The position numbers were made by a program, and so were the translations under genes. DNA of 63,646 bases, filler included, from Octopus bimaculoides (taxonomy: Eukaryota), in the NCBI RefSeq assembly GCF_001194135.2. It is 4 parts of 4 records of this genome, joined end to end, with 100 filler letters (N's around TTAATTAATTAA, not from the genome) between each part and the next. Parts side by side here need not be neighbours in the genome. Positions count along the whole stretch, not along the records: positions 1 to 23,195 come from NC_068990.1; 3 more parts are not named here. One strand, written 5' to 3'. The notes under the pieces were generated by a model. That model searched no databases, had not been told where the DNA came from, and saw only the letters and a program-made list of their open reading frames with translations. How positions within the stretch are numbered: position 1 is the first letter of the stretch; the number at the start of each line of letters is the position of its first letter. Shown piece by piece: positions 1 through 11,930 of the stretch.

Positions 1-277
1 TTTTCGAGTGAGATCGTTGCCAGTGCCCCTGGACTGGCCTGTGCGGGTGGCACATAAAATACACCATTTCGAGCGTGGCCGTTTTCGTGCGGGTGACACG
101 TAAAAGCACCCACTACACTCTCTGAGTGGTTGGCGTTAGAAAGGGCATCCAGCTGTAGAAACTCTGCCAAATTAGATTGGAGCCTGGTGTTGCCATCCGG
201 TTTCACCAGTCCTCAGTTGAATCGTCCAACCCATGCTAGCATGGAAAGCGGACGTTAAACGATGATGATGATGATGA

Positions 278-280
<3 letters not shown>
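1..280 (+). mobile_element. Family R retroposon 3' part ending in (GAT)n
   Basis: GGTTGGCGTTAGAAAGGGCATCCAGCTGTAGAAAC (RTE-like 3' UTR motif) then CCAACCCATGCTAGCATGGAAAGCGGACGTTAAAC(GAT)n; near-identical to the reverse complement of 17534-17789. Confidence 0.85.
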
Positions 281-312
<32 letters not shown>

Positions 313-604
313 TATATGTATACAAAAATGTACATACTTACATATATATGTATATACATATGCATATATGGGTACGGACGTCATAAAACGCAAACAACAT
401 GAGACATGAAAACATGGAATACAAACTTTTTTTCTGAACAACAAAAGAAACAAATGGAAAACAAGACAAGTAACATAAAGAACGACCCTTCATCAGTTGT
501 TGGCTGTTTCATCTACTCAACATTTCAAGCAATTACGACATATATGTATATATATACTAAACTACCGTTTATCTTGTTTTCTTAACTGTACTTATTTTCT
601 CTTT

Positions 605-711
605 TCTCTTTTGCTGAACCACTAAGTTATGAGAACGTAAACACGCTACTATTGGTTGTTAAGCGATGTTAGGGGGACAAACATAGACACACAAACGTAT
701 ACACATACATG

Positions 712-790
<79 letters not shown>

Positions 791-963
791 GCATATATAC
801 AACGGGCTTCCTTCAGTTTCTGTCTACCAAATCTACTCACAAAGCTTTGATCGGCCTGAGGCTATAGTAGAAGACACTTGCCCAAGGTGCCATGCAGTGG
901 GACTGAACCTGGAACCATGTGGTTGGTAAGCAAGTTACTTACTACACAGCTACTCCTGTGCCT
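605..963 (-). mobile_element. Family B SINE, 3'-truncated, internal (CA)n/(TA)n expanded
   Basis: Reverse complement aligns by eye to the full copy at 34793-35205 (A/B-box-like head, CCTTGGGCAAGTGTCTT core). Confidence 0.85.
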
Positions 964-1760
964 CTGCACCTTATGGATAATGAAATTATGAATTGCACAT
1001 TTTCAGAGATTTTCATATAATGAATAGTTTGGATTTTCTAAAATTTTAAGTTATATATTAAAAATCCATACAGTCATGGCCAAAAGTCTGGAACATTTTT
1101 TTAAAATTAAAATTGTTATACCTACCATATGACTGCAAGTAGTTATAATATATTGCAAATTAAATATTACTTTGGGCATTTAATATAAAAATCCTAATTT
1201 TCAGACCTATGTTCCAAACCTTTGGTTGTGACTAAAGAGCAAAGTTTAAGAAGACTCTACATTATATATCATCCTCAAGATTATCATTTTAATGTTCACT
1301 TGCAGAAGGTAGAAAGAATTTATTGTGGTAGAAATAGAAATTGCTGGATATTCTTCATGTCACCAACACTTACCTGTTTCCAATCAAGATAATAGTTCCT
1401 CATTATCAGATATGTTCTAACAGAATATTGAAAATGAATGGCACTGCTTGTATGGTATTGGCAATCATCTTACAAGAATCATATGATGTTAAGACAATGA
1501 GACACAAACATTCTCCCCTGGCCAGATTGGAGCAATCTCGAGTATAACCAGCCGAAATTGCAAAGATAATCTGGAACTTGACTGAGGAAAGAAAACTTTG
1601 AATGACCTGTCCTCGTTTTCTTTGTATTGTCTATCTGGATGTTTTGTTGTCCCTTTCTTGTATCACCTAACTGTCTGGATGTTTTGCGTTCTTGTCCCAT
1701 TTTGTATTATATATATATATATNNNNNNNNNNNNNNNNNNNNNNNNNNNNNNNNNNNNNN

Positions 1761-1918
1761 TTCTTTCAGTTTCTGTCTACCAAATCCCCTCACAAGACTT
1801 AGATTGGCCCAGCTCTGTAATAGATTACATTTACATGTAGTTCTATTCAGTGGGATTGAATCCCCACCATCAATGTGGTTTTGAAGCAAGTTTCGTATCC
1901 CACAGCTATGCCTGTGCC
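1761..1918 (-). mobile_element. Family B SINE head, diverged
   Basis: TTTCAGTTTCTGTCTACCAAATC ... CAGCTATGCCTGTGCC matches other B heads; abuts an N gap. Confidence 0.7.
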
Positions 1919-3335
1919 TATTATATATGTATTGAAACTCGTAAAGTTTTCTCTCTCTTTATTTTTTTAGTTACTATCAATATTTGTCATTTACTTTTGT
2001 GTTAGTTGCTACAATTGATTCAAGAAATCTTGGGTGGAAAAGTCATAAAAAAAGAAAAATATCAATGGGAAAAACACCTGCATGAAAACTTCAATAAATG
2101 ATTGATTTAATGTAATTTTCGTTTTGCTCTTTTATATAAGCTTTTAATAAAAACGTGATTCTTTTTTTTTCACATGTTTAATGCTATTGTTACATACTTG
2201 GTATCTTCCCCCATAGCCAGATAGAGGGGAGGTATTAGGTTCGAATGATCCACAAACAGAATCCCTGCAAGTATTATTATTATTTAACATTTATTCTAAT
2301 TTTGTGTTTTCTGCAAATTGAACAGTTTTGGATGGATCCATTTTAATAACAGAAAACTCCACTGCCATCACCACCACCACGGCTATCAAAATCTCCACTA
2401 TGTCCTGAATCATGTTGTTCTCATCCTTTAATTATCAATTAATAAACCAAGCAACTTAAAGTATCATTTGTTTAATTACTCTAATTATTGTTTATGATAT
2501 TTAAATGAATTGATATTTTCTATCTGACTTTTTTCTCTCACCAAAATTGTAACTTGTTTTCATTCACCATTTTAATTAGTCCTAATGTTTTGTCATAGTG
2601 AATGGAATAAAATATCCAGAGCCACCTTCTGTGTGGAAAATCAAAAGTAAGGCTAGTGACAGCGTATTTAATATATGGAACACAGAATTTCCATTTATTA
2701 AAATTCCACTCATAGTGAAGGAGAAAATAATTAGCTTAATTATTAATAATTTAGGACAAGAAATACAAGAGAGTCAAACTATAAAATTTAAATCAATATA
2801 AAGTAATAAATTAATTAAAAACAAAATGAGAAAGCAAATGAAATATTTAGCTTTCTGGTGATAACCCTAGACATATTTTAGTCTTAATAGATCTCCTCAG
2901 TGGGGCATTAATTTTTGTTAGTTCAGCTTTCAGATTTGTCTCCCCTGCCTTTCACTAAACTAACAACATTTTCTCCTCATTCTTCACAATGGGTGTAATT
3001 TTATTTAATTGATTAAGGAATGGAAATTTATTGGTTTCCTAAATTGGATATAGGTTAGTTTCAACATTTCATTTATAATGGTAAAATTCTTTATGCATAA
3101 CCCTCACATATATTTTATATATTTTACATACATTATTTCTTATACATCATTTCTAATATATTATTTAATAATAATAATGATATCTGAACAGTCCAGTCTC
3201 TATATTAACTTATGTTAGCCTTCAAATGTGTTATTTTTGTTGTCTAAACACTAAGTCAGTCCTCATTGAACAAGCCTATAATCAAAAGTGTTCTAGTCAT
3301 GACTAAACTGTTTTATTCTCTGGAACTACATTATT

Positions 3336-3420
3336 AATCGACTTATCCTCTTTCCCAAAATGGCTGCCCTTGTGGCAAAATTTGAAACCACTATTATTAT
3401 TATCATTACTATTATCATTG
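3336..3420 (+). mobile_element. Family A SINE 3' tail fragment
   Basis: AATCGACTTATCC...CTTGTGGCAAAATTTGAAACC(ATT)n, as at 21630-21720. Confidence 0.55.
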
Positions 3421-4420
3421 TTATCATTCATAGTAGTAGTAGTGATAGTAGTACTGAGAAACATGTAGACAACTGCATAAAATAATTAATCTTTTAATCA
3501 ATCAATTCCTATGTTGTAACTCTTCTTTATGCAGGGAAGGTTAGGAGTGAAAATTCTCAAAGCAAACAATATATTAAGAATTATGTTCATGTTTTTTATT
3601 TTTCATTTTTCATTTCTCGAGTTATTGATTCTAATGCTAAACATATATTTTTGTATATCAATATTAATTAAGATTTCCTCTTGTATTGCTAAATATTTAA
3701 ACCATCTGTTTTTGATGGACAATAAAATACAAAGATAAAATACTTAACTTAAACTATTATATCTTCCCAGTAAATTGCCAAAGGCATTTGATGATAGCAA
3801 TTGATGTGAACATAATTCTAATTTAGTTATAAAAATTTCTTCTTGTTTTCATTTTTATTTCACATCTAGTTCCTATCTTGGACATATGTTTGCCAAAGGA
3901 ATTATTGAAGTGTTTTCGAAACAAATAGCCTTGTGGTTTGGTTTAAGTCATATTCCTTATCGAACAAGGATATTCACTTCTATTATTAGAACTGAAATTA
4001 ACACAACACTGTTGGATGGCAGGTTTAGAGAGGGCGTGGGTCAAAACTATGCACCTTTCCCCTCTGTTGGTCAGTTGAAGCATAGACAGTGTCACATGAC
4101 AGTTAGCTGGTGCTGGCTGCTGGAGCCTACTGGTGAGTATTTAAAGGGAAATTTGGCAGGATGGTCATTCACTCACTGACCAAAGAACAAAAGAAAAAAA
4201 TGCACTCAACACCAGAGCTGAAGACACCTCCAAAAGGAGGGCCCTGCCATGTCAAAGACAGTAGAAGAGTAGGGGCTGAAACCGGACGTGGTTCCTGCTG
4301 ATGATGTCTTTAGCCACTGAATCCTATAAAGGAGTTGTTGAGGTAGTGAACCATGAAACGTGGTTGGAATTTCTCCAGTTCCTCCTGATTATTTAGGGTG
4401 GTGATGTTGGCAGATTTGAT

Positions 4421-4541
4421 AGCTAGCCAGGCATAATGCTTAGTAGCATTTCATCTGTCTTTACATTTTGAGTTCAGATTCTGTCATGGTCAGCTTTGCT
4501 TTCATTCTTTCAGGGCTAATATAATAAGTACCAGTTGAGCA
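4421..4541 (+). mobile_element. Family A SINE, degraded
   Basis: TTTTGAGTTCAGATTC B-box-like motif plus CTTTTCATTCTTTCAGGG...ATAAGTACCAGTTG core. Confidence 0.6.
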
Positions 4542-4568
4542 CGCCATCAAGTCTTATAGCTTTTAGCC

Positions 4569-4654
4569 CAATGGTACCCAACCTATTTTGCAGCGTGGAC
4601 CAGTTTTATGCAAGACAATTTCTCCACAGACTAACAAAACACAATAGAGTGCAT
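4569..4654 (+). mobile_element. Probable hAT-Charlie-type transposon end
   Basis: CAATGGTACCCAACCTATTTTGCAGCGTGGACCAGTTTTATGCAAGACAATTTCTCCACAGAC resembles the recalled Charlie/MER1-type terminus; related copy at 13609-13700. Confidence 0.45.
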
Positions 4655-4662
4655 ACTATATA

Positions 4663-4693
<31 letters not shown>

Positions 4694-4819
4694 NNNNNNN
4701 NNNNNNNNNNNNNNNNNNNNNNNNNNNNNNNNNNNNNNNNNNNNNNNNNNNNNNNNNNNNNNNNNNNNNNNNNNNNNNNNNNNNNNNNNNNNNNNNNNNN
4801 NNNNNNNNNNNNNNNNNNN

Positions 4820-5787
4820 AGAAGTCTGTACCTTAGTTTTTAATGAAATGGCATCAGGAAGTAGCAATTCTGAATTTGAAGGTTTTACTCTCGACGATAT
4901 AGAAAATATAAATGAAAACAAGAGTATTTTGTTCTTGAATGAATCTGATATCGATATTAGTGAATACTTGTCGGACAAGAAAGATTTTGAGAATGAAAGT
5001 GATGAAACATGGCAACATGGCCAAAGATTACAGCACCAATCACTATTCCTGATTTAACAGAAGTCACTGGTCCACAACACAATTTACCTCCTGATGCTCA
5101 ACCATTGGACTATCTATTTTATTTTTACTGGAAAGTTATTTTGAAAATGTTATGGAGGAAACAAACAAATATGTGCAGCATATAATTTCTATTCGCAGTA
5201 GAAATGATCCTCTATGGCAGCCAACTTATACTGCGGAAATGAGAGCATTATGTAAATGAATTCAGTAAATTGCATAAGAGTACATAGCCAATGGTATATT
5301 GACTAGTAAAAGAGTTTTGTACTTTATTTTTCAATGAAAATGTTTGAATGAAATATAAAGAAAGAATAAAATCTTGTACCGATTACACCTGTATTTTAAT
5401 TAATTCAAATTAATGTACCTCATCTTGAAAAATGCAAAATTGTTGGCGGTTGACATCTGGAATAATTTTAGTAGCAAATCAAACAGGTATAATGTATTAA
5501 GAATATGAATTTTAGCGTTTATTCATAATGTTATTGTTTTTACACCTGTTGATTAAATATACCTGCCCATAAAAGTCAAATTTAATCAGAAAGATCAGCT
5601 AACATTACGTAACTATAAACCACTGGCATATAAGCACCCATTTACAAAATTTCAATTCTGTATGTAGAAAATTAACAAAGTTACAAGCAAATATTGTGGA
5701 CACCCCACTTGAACCTGAATAAATCAAAATTAATGTGAACAGATAAGCATTACATTTGACAAATTAATTTGAATATTAAGGGGTTAA
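4820..5787 (+). mobile_element. piggyBac-type transposon remnant (frameshifted, internally deleted transposase; right end GGG-TTAA)
   Basis: Three frames give SNSEFEGFTLDDI (from 4848), EVTGPQHNLPPDAQPLDY (5048-5116) and FENVMEETNKY...WQPTYTAEMRA* (5119-5259), typical piggyBac N-terminal motifs; ends AAGGGG|TTAA at 5783/5784-5787; left end lost in gap. Confidence 0.75.
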
Positions 5788-6691
5788 TTAAACACTGATG
5801 CTTTATTTCATTGAATAGTTTACAACATGTTGCAAAGGTCATCTGGAAGGTCACTATCACAACGGTAAACATTTTAAAGAAACCTTACTTGAAATATTTC
5901 AACTCTTAAACACATGTATACACACATACAAAACACACTTGAAAACACATAAACTATACATCCATGAACTCCAGAACTCACAAAAACAACAGACATATAG
6001 CATACATACATAATATAGCAATAAGCACACATGTGCATACAGGCACATACACACACACACACACACATAATTATCTTTCAGTTTACTCCTGGTTTCTTTC
6101 CATTTTCAATTTTGTACATAATTTAATAAATTTCTGTCAATTTCTTGCTTATGCTCCTGTCTGTCCTAATTAAAAGTATTCAATAGCAGTTTCCTACCAA
6201 CCCTGGCATAATGGCTTTTATTAATATTCCAACTATATTATTCAGTGAAGTTCACTATTACTTCAATCAGTTTTGTAGCTTCTTAGCACTCAAGAAGAAG
6301 AAGAAGAAGAAGAAGCCTGTATATGATGTTCACTTCACCTGCTAGACATAGCAGTCAAGTTTTCCCACTGCATCAAAATTGAATAAATATAATGAGATAG
6401 CTGAAACTTGGATATAGAAGAGCAGGAAAATAGATGGGGTGGTTTAGGTTGGAACATAAGTTATTCAATAAAACTATTATTATGATTACATATACCTTGC
6501 ACAGCTAAGCTAGAAAAAGTAGCATAATTCTTCCTTATAATAACTCTTAAAAATTATATAAATAAAGTGTGCTAATAGAAATAACTCAAATGAATGACTG
6601 ACATTAATTTGGTAACATAAGTTATAGTGTAGTGTCCTGAATGTTGTAACTCAAAATTTTCTCATTTAATTAGAGAAAGAAAAGCAAAATA

Positions 6692-6900
6692 TTCTTTTCT
6701 ACTCTAGGCACAAAACTTTTGAGGAGGTGGCCAGTTGATTAGATTGACCCCAGTATGCAACTGGTACTTAATTTATCAACCCCAAAAGGATGAAAGGCAA
6801 AGTCGACCTCGGTGGAAATTGAATTCAGAATGTAAAAGACAAACGAAATACCACTGAGCAATTCGCCCAGCGCGCTAACATTTCTGCCAGCTCACCACCT
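6692..6900 (-). mobile_element. Family A SINE, near full length
   Basis: Reverse complement of GGTGGTGAGCTGGCAGAA...GAGGTCGACTTTGCCTTTCATCC...GTGCCTAGAGTAGAAAAGAAT; matches 22298-22560. Confidence 0.85.
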
Positions 6901-6959
6901 TAGAAAAACAAAATAATGGTAGTTGTTAGCAAGTGTTAAAGAAAGTTGGTGTTAACCAA

Positions 6960-7110
6960 AGGTACTGTTTAGTTAAAATGCTCACTTTTGCAAACTATGT
7001 GGTTTTTGGTTCAGTCCCAGTGTGAAGCACCTCGTGCAAGAGCCTTTTGCTATAGTCACAGGCTGATCAATGCCTTATGAGTGAATTTGCTAGATGGGAA
7101 CTGAAAGAAG
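6960..7110 (+). mobile_element. Family B SINE head, diverged
   Basis: GGTTCAGTCCCAGTG ... GATGGGAACTGAAAGAAG. Confidence 0.6.
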
Positions 7111-7149
7111 AGTGTGTTTGAGAGAGGGAGACAGAGAGTGTATATATAT

Positions 7150-7306
7150 ATCGTCGTCGTCGTCATTTAACGTCCGCTTTCTATGCTAGCATGGGTTGGA
7201 CGATTTGACTGAGGACTGGTGAAACCAGATGGCTACACCAGGTTACAATCTGATTTGGCAGAGTTTCTACAGCTGGATGCCCTTCCTAACGCCAACCACT
7301 CAGAGA

Positions 7307-7310
<4 letters not shown>
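7150..7310 (-). mobile_element. Family R 3' end
   Basis: CATTTAACGTCCGCTTTCTATGCTAGCATGGGTTGGACG...CAGCTGGATGCCCTTCCTAACGCCAACC. Confidence 0.85.
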
Positions 7311-7345
<35 letters not shown>

Positions 7346-7348
<3 letters not shown>

Positions 7349-7369
7349 ACAACAATAATAATAATAATG

Positions 7370-7418
<49 letters not shown>

Positions 7419-7435
7419 TGATGATGATGATAGTA
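7346..7435. repeat. (AAT)n/(GAT)n microsatellite
   Basis: Direct inspection. Confidence 0.95.
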
Positions 7436-7750
7436 ATATTTATCCTATGTTATATCGGTGCAGCTTGGTACTATCCCATAAAATTGCTGCTGCAAGTTGA
7501 AATTACTTGACTGTAGCCGACATGATAACATGGGGGCTTTTTGTGCCAACTCAAAAACATTTCTCATAAACAAACAAAATGTTGTTACACATATATATAT
7601 ACTACATATGTACATATATATATATATATGCACACACACACACACACATATATATCGTTAAGTATATTTGCCACCTAAATGTGGCTAACCCTTACGGGTT
7701 GATGCTACTGTAACTTGTAGCCCCAGGAAGACATCTCCTCCAGCTGGCTA

Positions 7751-7834
7751 TTGACACACTTTCTGTGCCCTCATGTCAGGCTGGAGGTGACATCCCTTTG
7801 CAAATACTGATAGGGCACAATGAAAGTGTGTCAA
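7751..7834. repeat. Stem-loop (21-bp outer stem, 6-bp inner stem) followed by (GAT)n
   Basis: TTGACACACTTTCTGTGCCCT (7751-7771) pairs with AGGGCACAATGAAAGTGTGTCAA (7812-7834) with a 2-nt bulge; inner ATGTCA/TGACAT. Confidence 0.8.
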
Positions 7835-9067
7835 TGATGATGATGACGATGATGATGTTAGTAGTGATGAGTTTACTGTTTAATTGTTGTTGTTGCTCAA
7901 ATCATGAAGGCCCATCTTACTTTCAGCCGTAGTATATTTAAGAATACAATATCCTTGTGTCTTGCTTTATTCAAGACATTTGAGTATGAGGGTAATTTGG
8001 TTACTCTCTCTAGCATGCTAAAAAACATCTTTGGTGCCTCCTTCTTTAGTTCTACGAGGAAGATGATGACGATAATGATGTTGATGTAATAGTGATGATG
8101 ATGTGAGTTATGATGATGATGATCTTGCTGTTTAGCCCCTGGCCAAACATTATCAAGCAGACATTTAATCAAAGTTTTTCCAGTTATGTCTATATTTTTT
8201 CTATGTTCCATGAAGAAAATATAATGAAAGAAAAAAAAAGTCATTCCATGTATTTCCTCCAGATTGTAATTAATTTCGTCTTTAAATTTTAATGAAATGT
8301 CTCTTCATTGTACATCTAATTAATAGGTTATAGGTTTTATCATGCTGAAGATTTCTAAAAAGAATGAAGTAGTGATAAACAACAAGAAATTGTAAGAACT
8401 TTGAAATAGATAAAAATATAAACAAACTTAAATATGTGAACTCTGCATCTGTATTTTCTTGTATTGCATAATTGCACATTCAAATTTCTAATCCCACCTT
8501 ATATTGTGAGTGGGTGGTTATCTCCCTTGTATGAATAACTATAGCCACAGGGAACCAAATGTACAGTATCTTTTTATATATAATACTATCTATATCATTT
8601 ATTATTTTATTTTTTATATTATTTTACATCGATATCTTATTATTTATATTATTTATTACTTTTTTTACAAGCATTATATAATGGATACTGTTTTGAAGTT
8701 AGAAAATAGGATAAATGTTTTTGTTCTGACTTCTTGCAATTTGAGTTCAATTTCTGATGAGGTCAGATTTACTTTTCATCTGTTTGAGTTTGATAAAGTA
8801 AAATACCATTCCAAAGTGGAACTGCAAGAACATCAAACTGCATACCCTGCTATATTTGTTCTGGCTCTTTGTGTCCGAGTTCAAATCCTGCCAAGAACTT
8901 CTTGGTATAGCAGACTTCCTTCATCACCCATATTAATACCACCATCTGGTCCTTGGTTACCTCTTGTGGAGTCTACTCTGTTTCAGTCCAGTTATCTGGG
9001 TTAGGTCTCTAGTTTGAGGGCACATCCCACTTCCTTCCTCTCATCCGTATTGATCCTGTGTGGACCA

Positions 9068-9172
9068 GAGGAATGTGAAATGAAGTGCCTTGCTTAATCC
9101 ATTGTCTGGTCTAGGAATTGAAACCATAATCTTACAATCATAAATGCAACACCCTTACAATAAGGCCACATG
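9068..9172 (-). mobile_element. Family C SINE head, degraded
   Basis: Reverse complement resembles GTGGCCTTA...GATTGTAAGATTATGGTTTCAATTCCTAGACC...AAGCAAGGCACTTCATTTCAC. Confidence 0.55.
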
Positions 9173-9338
9173 TCTTCACTGAAGTAAGAGAAAAGTCGAT
9201 TATAAATGTTAAACTAAAGTTATTAATCTAAAGCTAGTTTGAGTATCATAGTGGAGCATTCAATGATGCAGTGATTTGATCAGCATAGATGAGTTAAATA
9301 TTATTGTAAAATATTGTGTGTGTGTGTGTGTGTGTGTT

Positions 9339-9562
9339 GTTTCTTTACTACCTACAAGGGGCTACACACAGAGGGGACAAACAAGGACAGACAAACGGAT
9401 TAAGTCGACTATATCGTCCCCAGTGCATAACTGGTACTTATTTAATCAACCCCGAAAGGATGAAAGGCAAAGTTGACCTCGGTGGAATTTGAACTCTGAA
9501 CGTAGCAGCAGATGAAATACCGCTAAGCATTTCGCCCAGTGTGCTAACGTTTCTGCCAGCTC
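9339..9562 (-). mobile_element. Family A SINE with alternative tail (GAGGGGACAAACAAGGACAGAC on plus)
   Basis: Head and core as other A copies; tail shared with 29010-29280. Confidence 0.85.
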
Positions 9563-9599
9563 ATGTGTGCATGTCTATGTGCATTCATGCGTGTGTGTA

Positions 9600-9820
9600 T
9601 GCTTGTTTTTGTGTTTGTCTTTGTCTCAAAACATTGCTTGACGACTTGTGGTGGTTTGTTTACATACCCACGGCTTAACTGTTTTTGCAAATGAACACCT
9701 ACGAAATAGGAACCAGACTTAACCAAAGGAGTACTGCTGTTGATTTGTTTGATTAAACTCTCCAAGGTGGTGTTCCAGCATAGTCACAATCCAATGACTT
9801 AAACAAGTAAAAAAAAGATA
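9600..9820 (+). mobile_element. Family B SINE 3' half, diverged
   Basis: CATTGCTTGAC...GGTGGTGTTCCAGCATAGTCAC...AAACAAGTAAAA, compare 35010-35205. Confidence 0.6.
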
Positions 9821-10329
9821 TATGACATATACCTAACAATTAAAAAAGCATGGTCCAGTACACGGAACAATTGAATTAATATAGATTCTCTAAAACCTTA
9901 AACTATATTTTAAAAATATCCACCACATTCCTAGATATAGCATCCAATACTCTGACACATTACAGTTCACCGTTTTTAAACCATCAATGTAGGGCCTCCT
10001 TTGCTGGTCTCTACAGAAGCTCTACAGAGGCTCTACAGAAGCTTCCTCATTAGCTCACATAGCAGGTCTTGTAGGAGCAAATAGCAGGTTCTCCGAGCAA
10101 GACTGGCTCATTACTTTGGAGCCTGGCTCATTATTTTGTTTTCGTCATCATGGCCCAAACCACACTGGAGCATTGCGTTCTCTTAATCTATTGTTTCTTT
10201 ATTTCTGCCAACTGCGACATTTCTGTATGTTTCTAATAATAAAGATAAATAATATATTGATGGCAATAAAAGTGATATGATAATAATACTTGTGGCTAAT
10301 TTTATTAATGTTGGTTGATGTTTACAAGG

Positions 10330-10416
10330 ATATATATATATATATTGCATTGCTAACGTCAATAATTATGTATGTGTATGTATGTGTGCATACATACATA
10401 CATACATACATATATG

Positions 10417-10447
<31 letters not shown>

Positions 10448-10452
10448 ATATA

Positions 10453-10483
<31 letters not shown>

Positions 10484-10860
10484 CACATAGACATGTATAC
10501 ACACACATATGTATATACATTTATGTACATATATATATACATGTATGTATATATATATATGTATATATCTATATATATATATACATATACACACACAAAT
10601 ATATATATATATGCATATATTTATATGTATGTATATGTATGTATATAGGTATATGTATACATATATGCATCCTTATACACATATAGGCGTATACGTATGC
10701 ATATATGTGCATATATATGCATATACATATCTATATACATATCTATATCAATATTTTTCTATATGTGTGTGTTTGTGCACATACATATGTGCATTATGTG
10801 AGTGTGTATGTATGTGTTATATGTGTCAGGCTATATACGCATGCGTCTGTGTACATATAT
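10330..10860. repeat. Compound (TA)n/(TG)n/(CATA)n microsatellite
   Basis: Direct inspection. Confidence 0.95.
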
Positions 10861-11304
10861 GTGTTTTTGTACCAATGATAACATCAGCTGCACTGTCTGT
10901 TGCTAGTAGCAGTGACATCAACAACATCAGTAGATTAAATAGAGGGACGAAAGACAAACAAATCTGAATTTACAAGTGAATCGTCCAATTGATTGGTGAT
11001 ATTAAAAGGCCTTTATTAATTATGGAAGATGTTTCTATAGTTGGATGGGTTCTGTTAGTTCTGGATGAGCAAAGTTCTGGCAAAAAGAATGTTTTCTACT
11101 GACCTACAAACACAACTCTCTAGTTATATTTGATACTTTTGACTTATGATACTCTTGGCATAACCTAGTTTTTCTAGTAATAATCTCTATTGGCTTTAAA
11201 TAATATTATTATTGTTATTATCACTAAAATAATAATTGTTGTTGCTGTTATTATTATTATTGTTGTTGTTGTTCTTGTCGTTATTCTTCTTCTTATTATT
11301 ATAA

Positions 11305-11415
11305 TGGCCTAGTGGTTAGGGTGTTGCAATCATGATTGCGAGGTCCTGGTTTCAGTTCCTAGACCAGGTGGTGCATTGTGTTCTTGTGTGAAACACTCTA
11401 TTTCACATTGCTCTG
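11305..11415 (+). mobile_element. Family C SINE head
   Basis: TGGCCTAGTGGTTAGGG A-box, GGTTTCAGTTCC B-box-like, TTGTGTTCTTG...ACACTCTATTTCACATTGCTC core. Confidence 0.7.
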
Positions 11416-11629
11416 TATGTGCATGTGTGCTTAGTACACCTAATACGTAGTGCACCGTACATCTATTCAGACAACATAGATTTGATGGAGAGAGTAAGCT
11501 AATGTACAGCACATATATTTGATCACCATAGACACATCATTTATGCAGGTTGTTTGGCAAAAGCTGAAGATGCATGTGTTGTCTTTGACGGGAGAGTTCA
11601 TTATTATTATCATCATCATTATTATTGCT

Positions 11630-11930
11630 ATTATTGAGTGAGAGAGCTGTGCAGACCATCAAAGTGACACTGGGGTAAAATATGCAAAACTTAGTATACC
11701 CATCATGACTAGCCATCTGATAACGGTACACCAGGTGTATGCCTCATGACCATATCTGCTTGACATAGTCATTTCATGTCAAGATAAACAGTGCATGACC
11801 AGTGGGGCCCAGTTAGAATTTTCTCTAGGTCGAGTAGCCCATCCCACTCAAAAGGTCCTTGAATAAGGGTTGTTTAAGGATGATGAATGAAACACTCATG
11901 TTTACAGAGGTAAATTATTCAAACTTGTGC
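11630..11930 (-). mobile_element. Family E interspersed repeat (probable LINE 3' UTR; (ATA)n tail on minus)
   Basis: AGTATACCCATCATGACTA...CAGTTAGAATTTTC...GGTCGAGTAGCCCATCCC.CTCAAAAGGTCC shared with 37285-37560; both preceded by (TAT)n. Confidence 0.6.

Noticed and set aside
1540-1625. CTGAGGA-AAG-AAAA-CTT...GTC hammerhead-like string
   Set aside because: No GAAA core and no convincing stem I; only one copy in the window
2598-2801. 67-aa ORF in AT-rich unique DNA
   Set aside because: No recognisable motif or clear splice context; length expected by chance
4210-4370. CTGAAGA + CCTCC-AAAA-GGAGG hairpin and nearby GAAAC strings
   Set aside because: Core elements are not correctly spaced in any one unit; may be a decayed repeat but unsupported
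8510-9004. 164-aa ORF
   Set aside because: Built from AT-rich low complexity plus degraded family A fragments
10290-10967. Many 60-350 aa ORFs rich in YI/CV/HT/poly-X (also near 23.5-24.7, 26-27, 32-34 and 57.6-58.7 kb)
   Set aside because: Translations of dinucleotide/trinucleotide microsatellites or N gaps; no domain-like sequence
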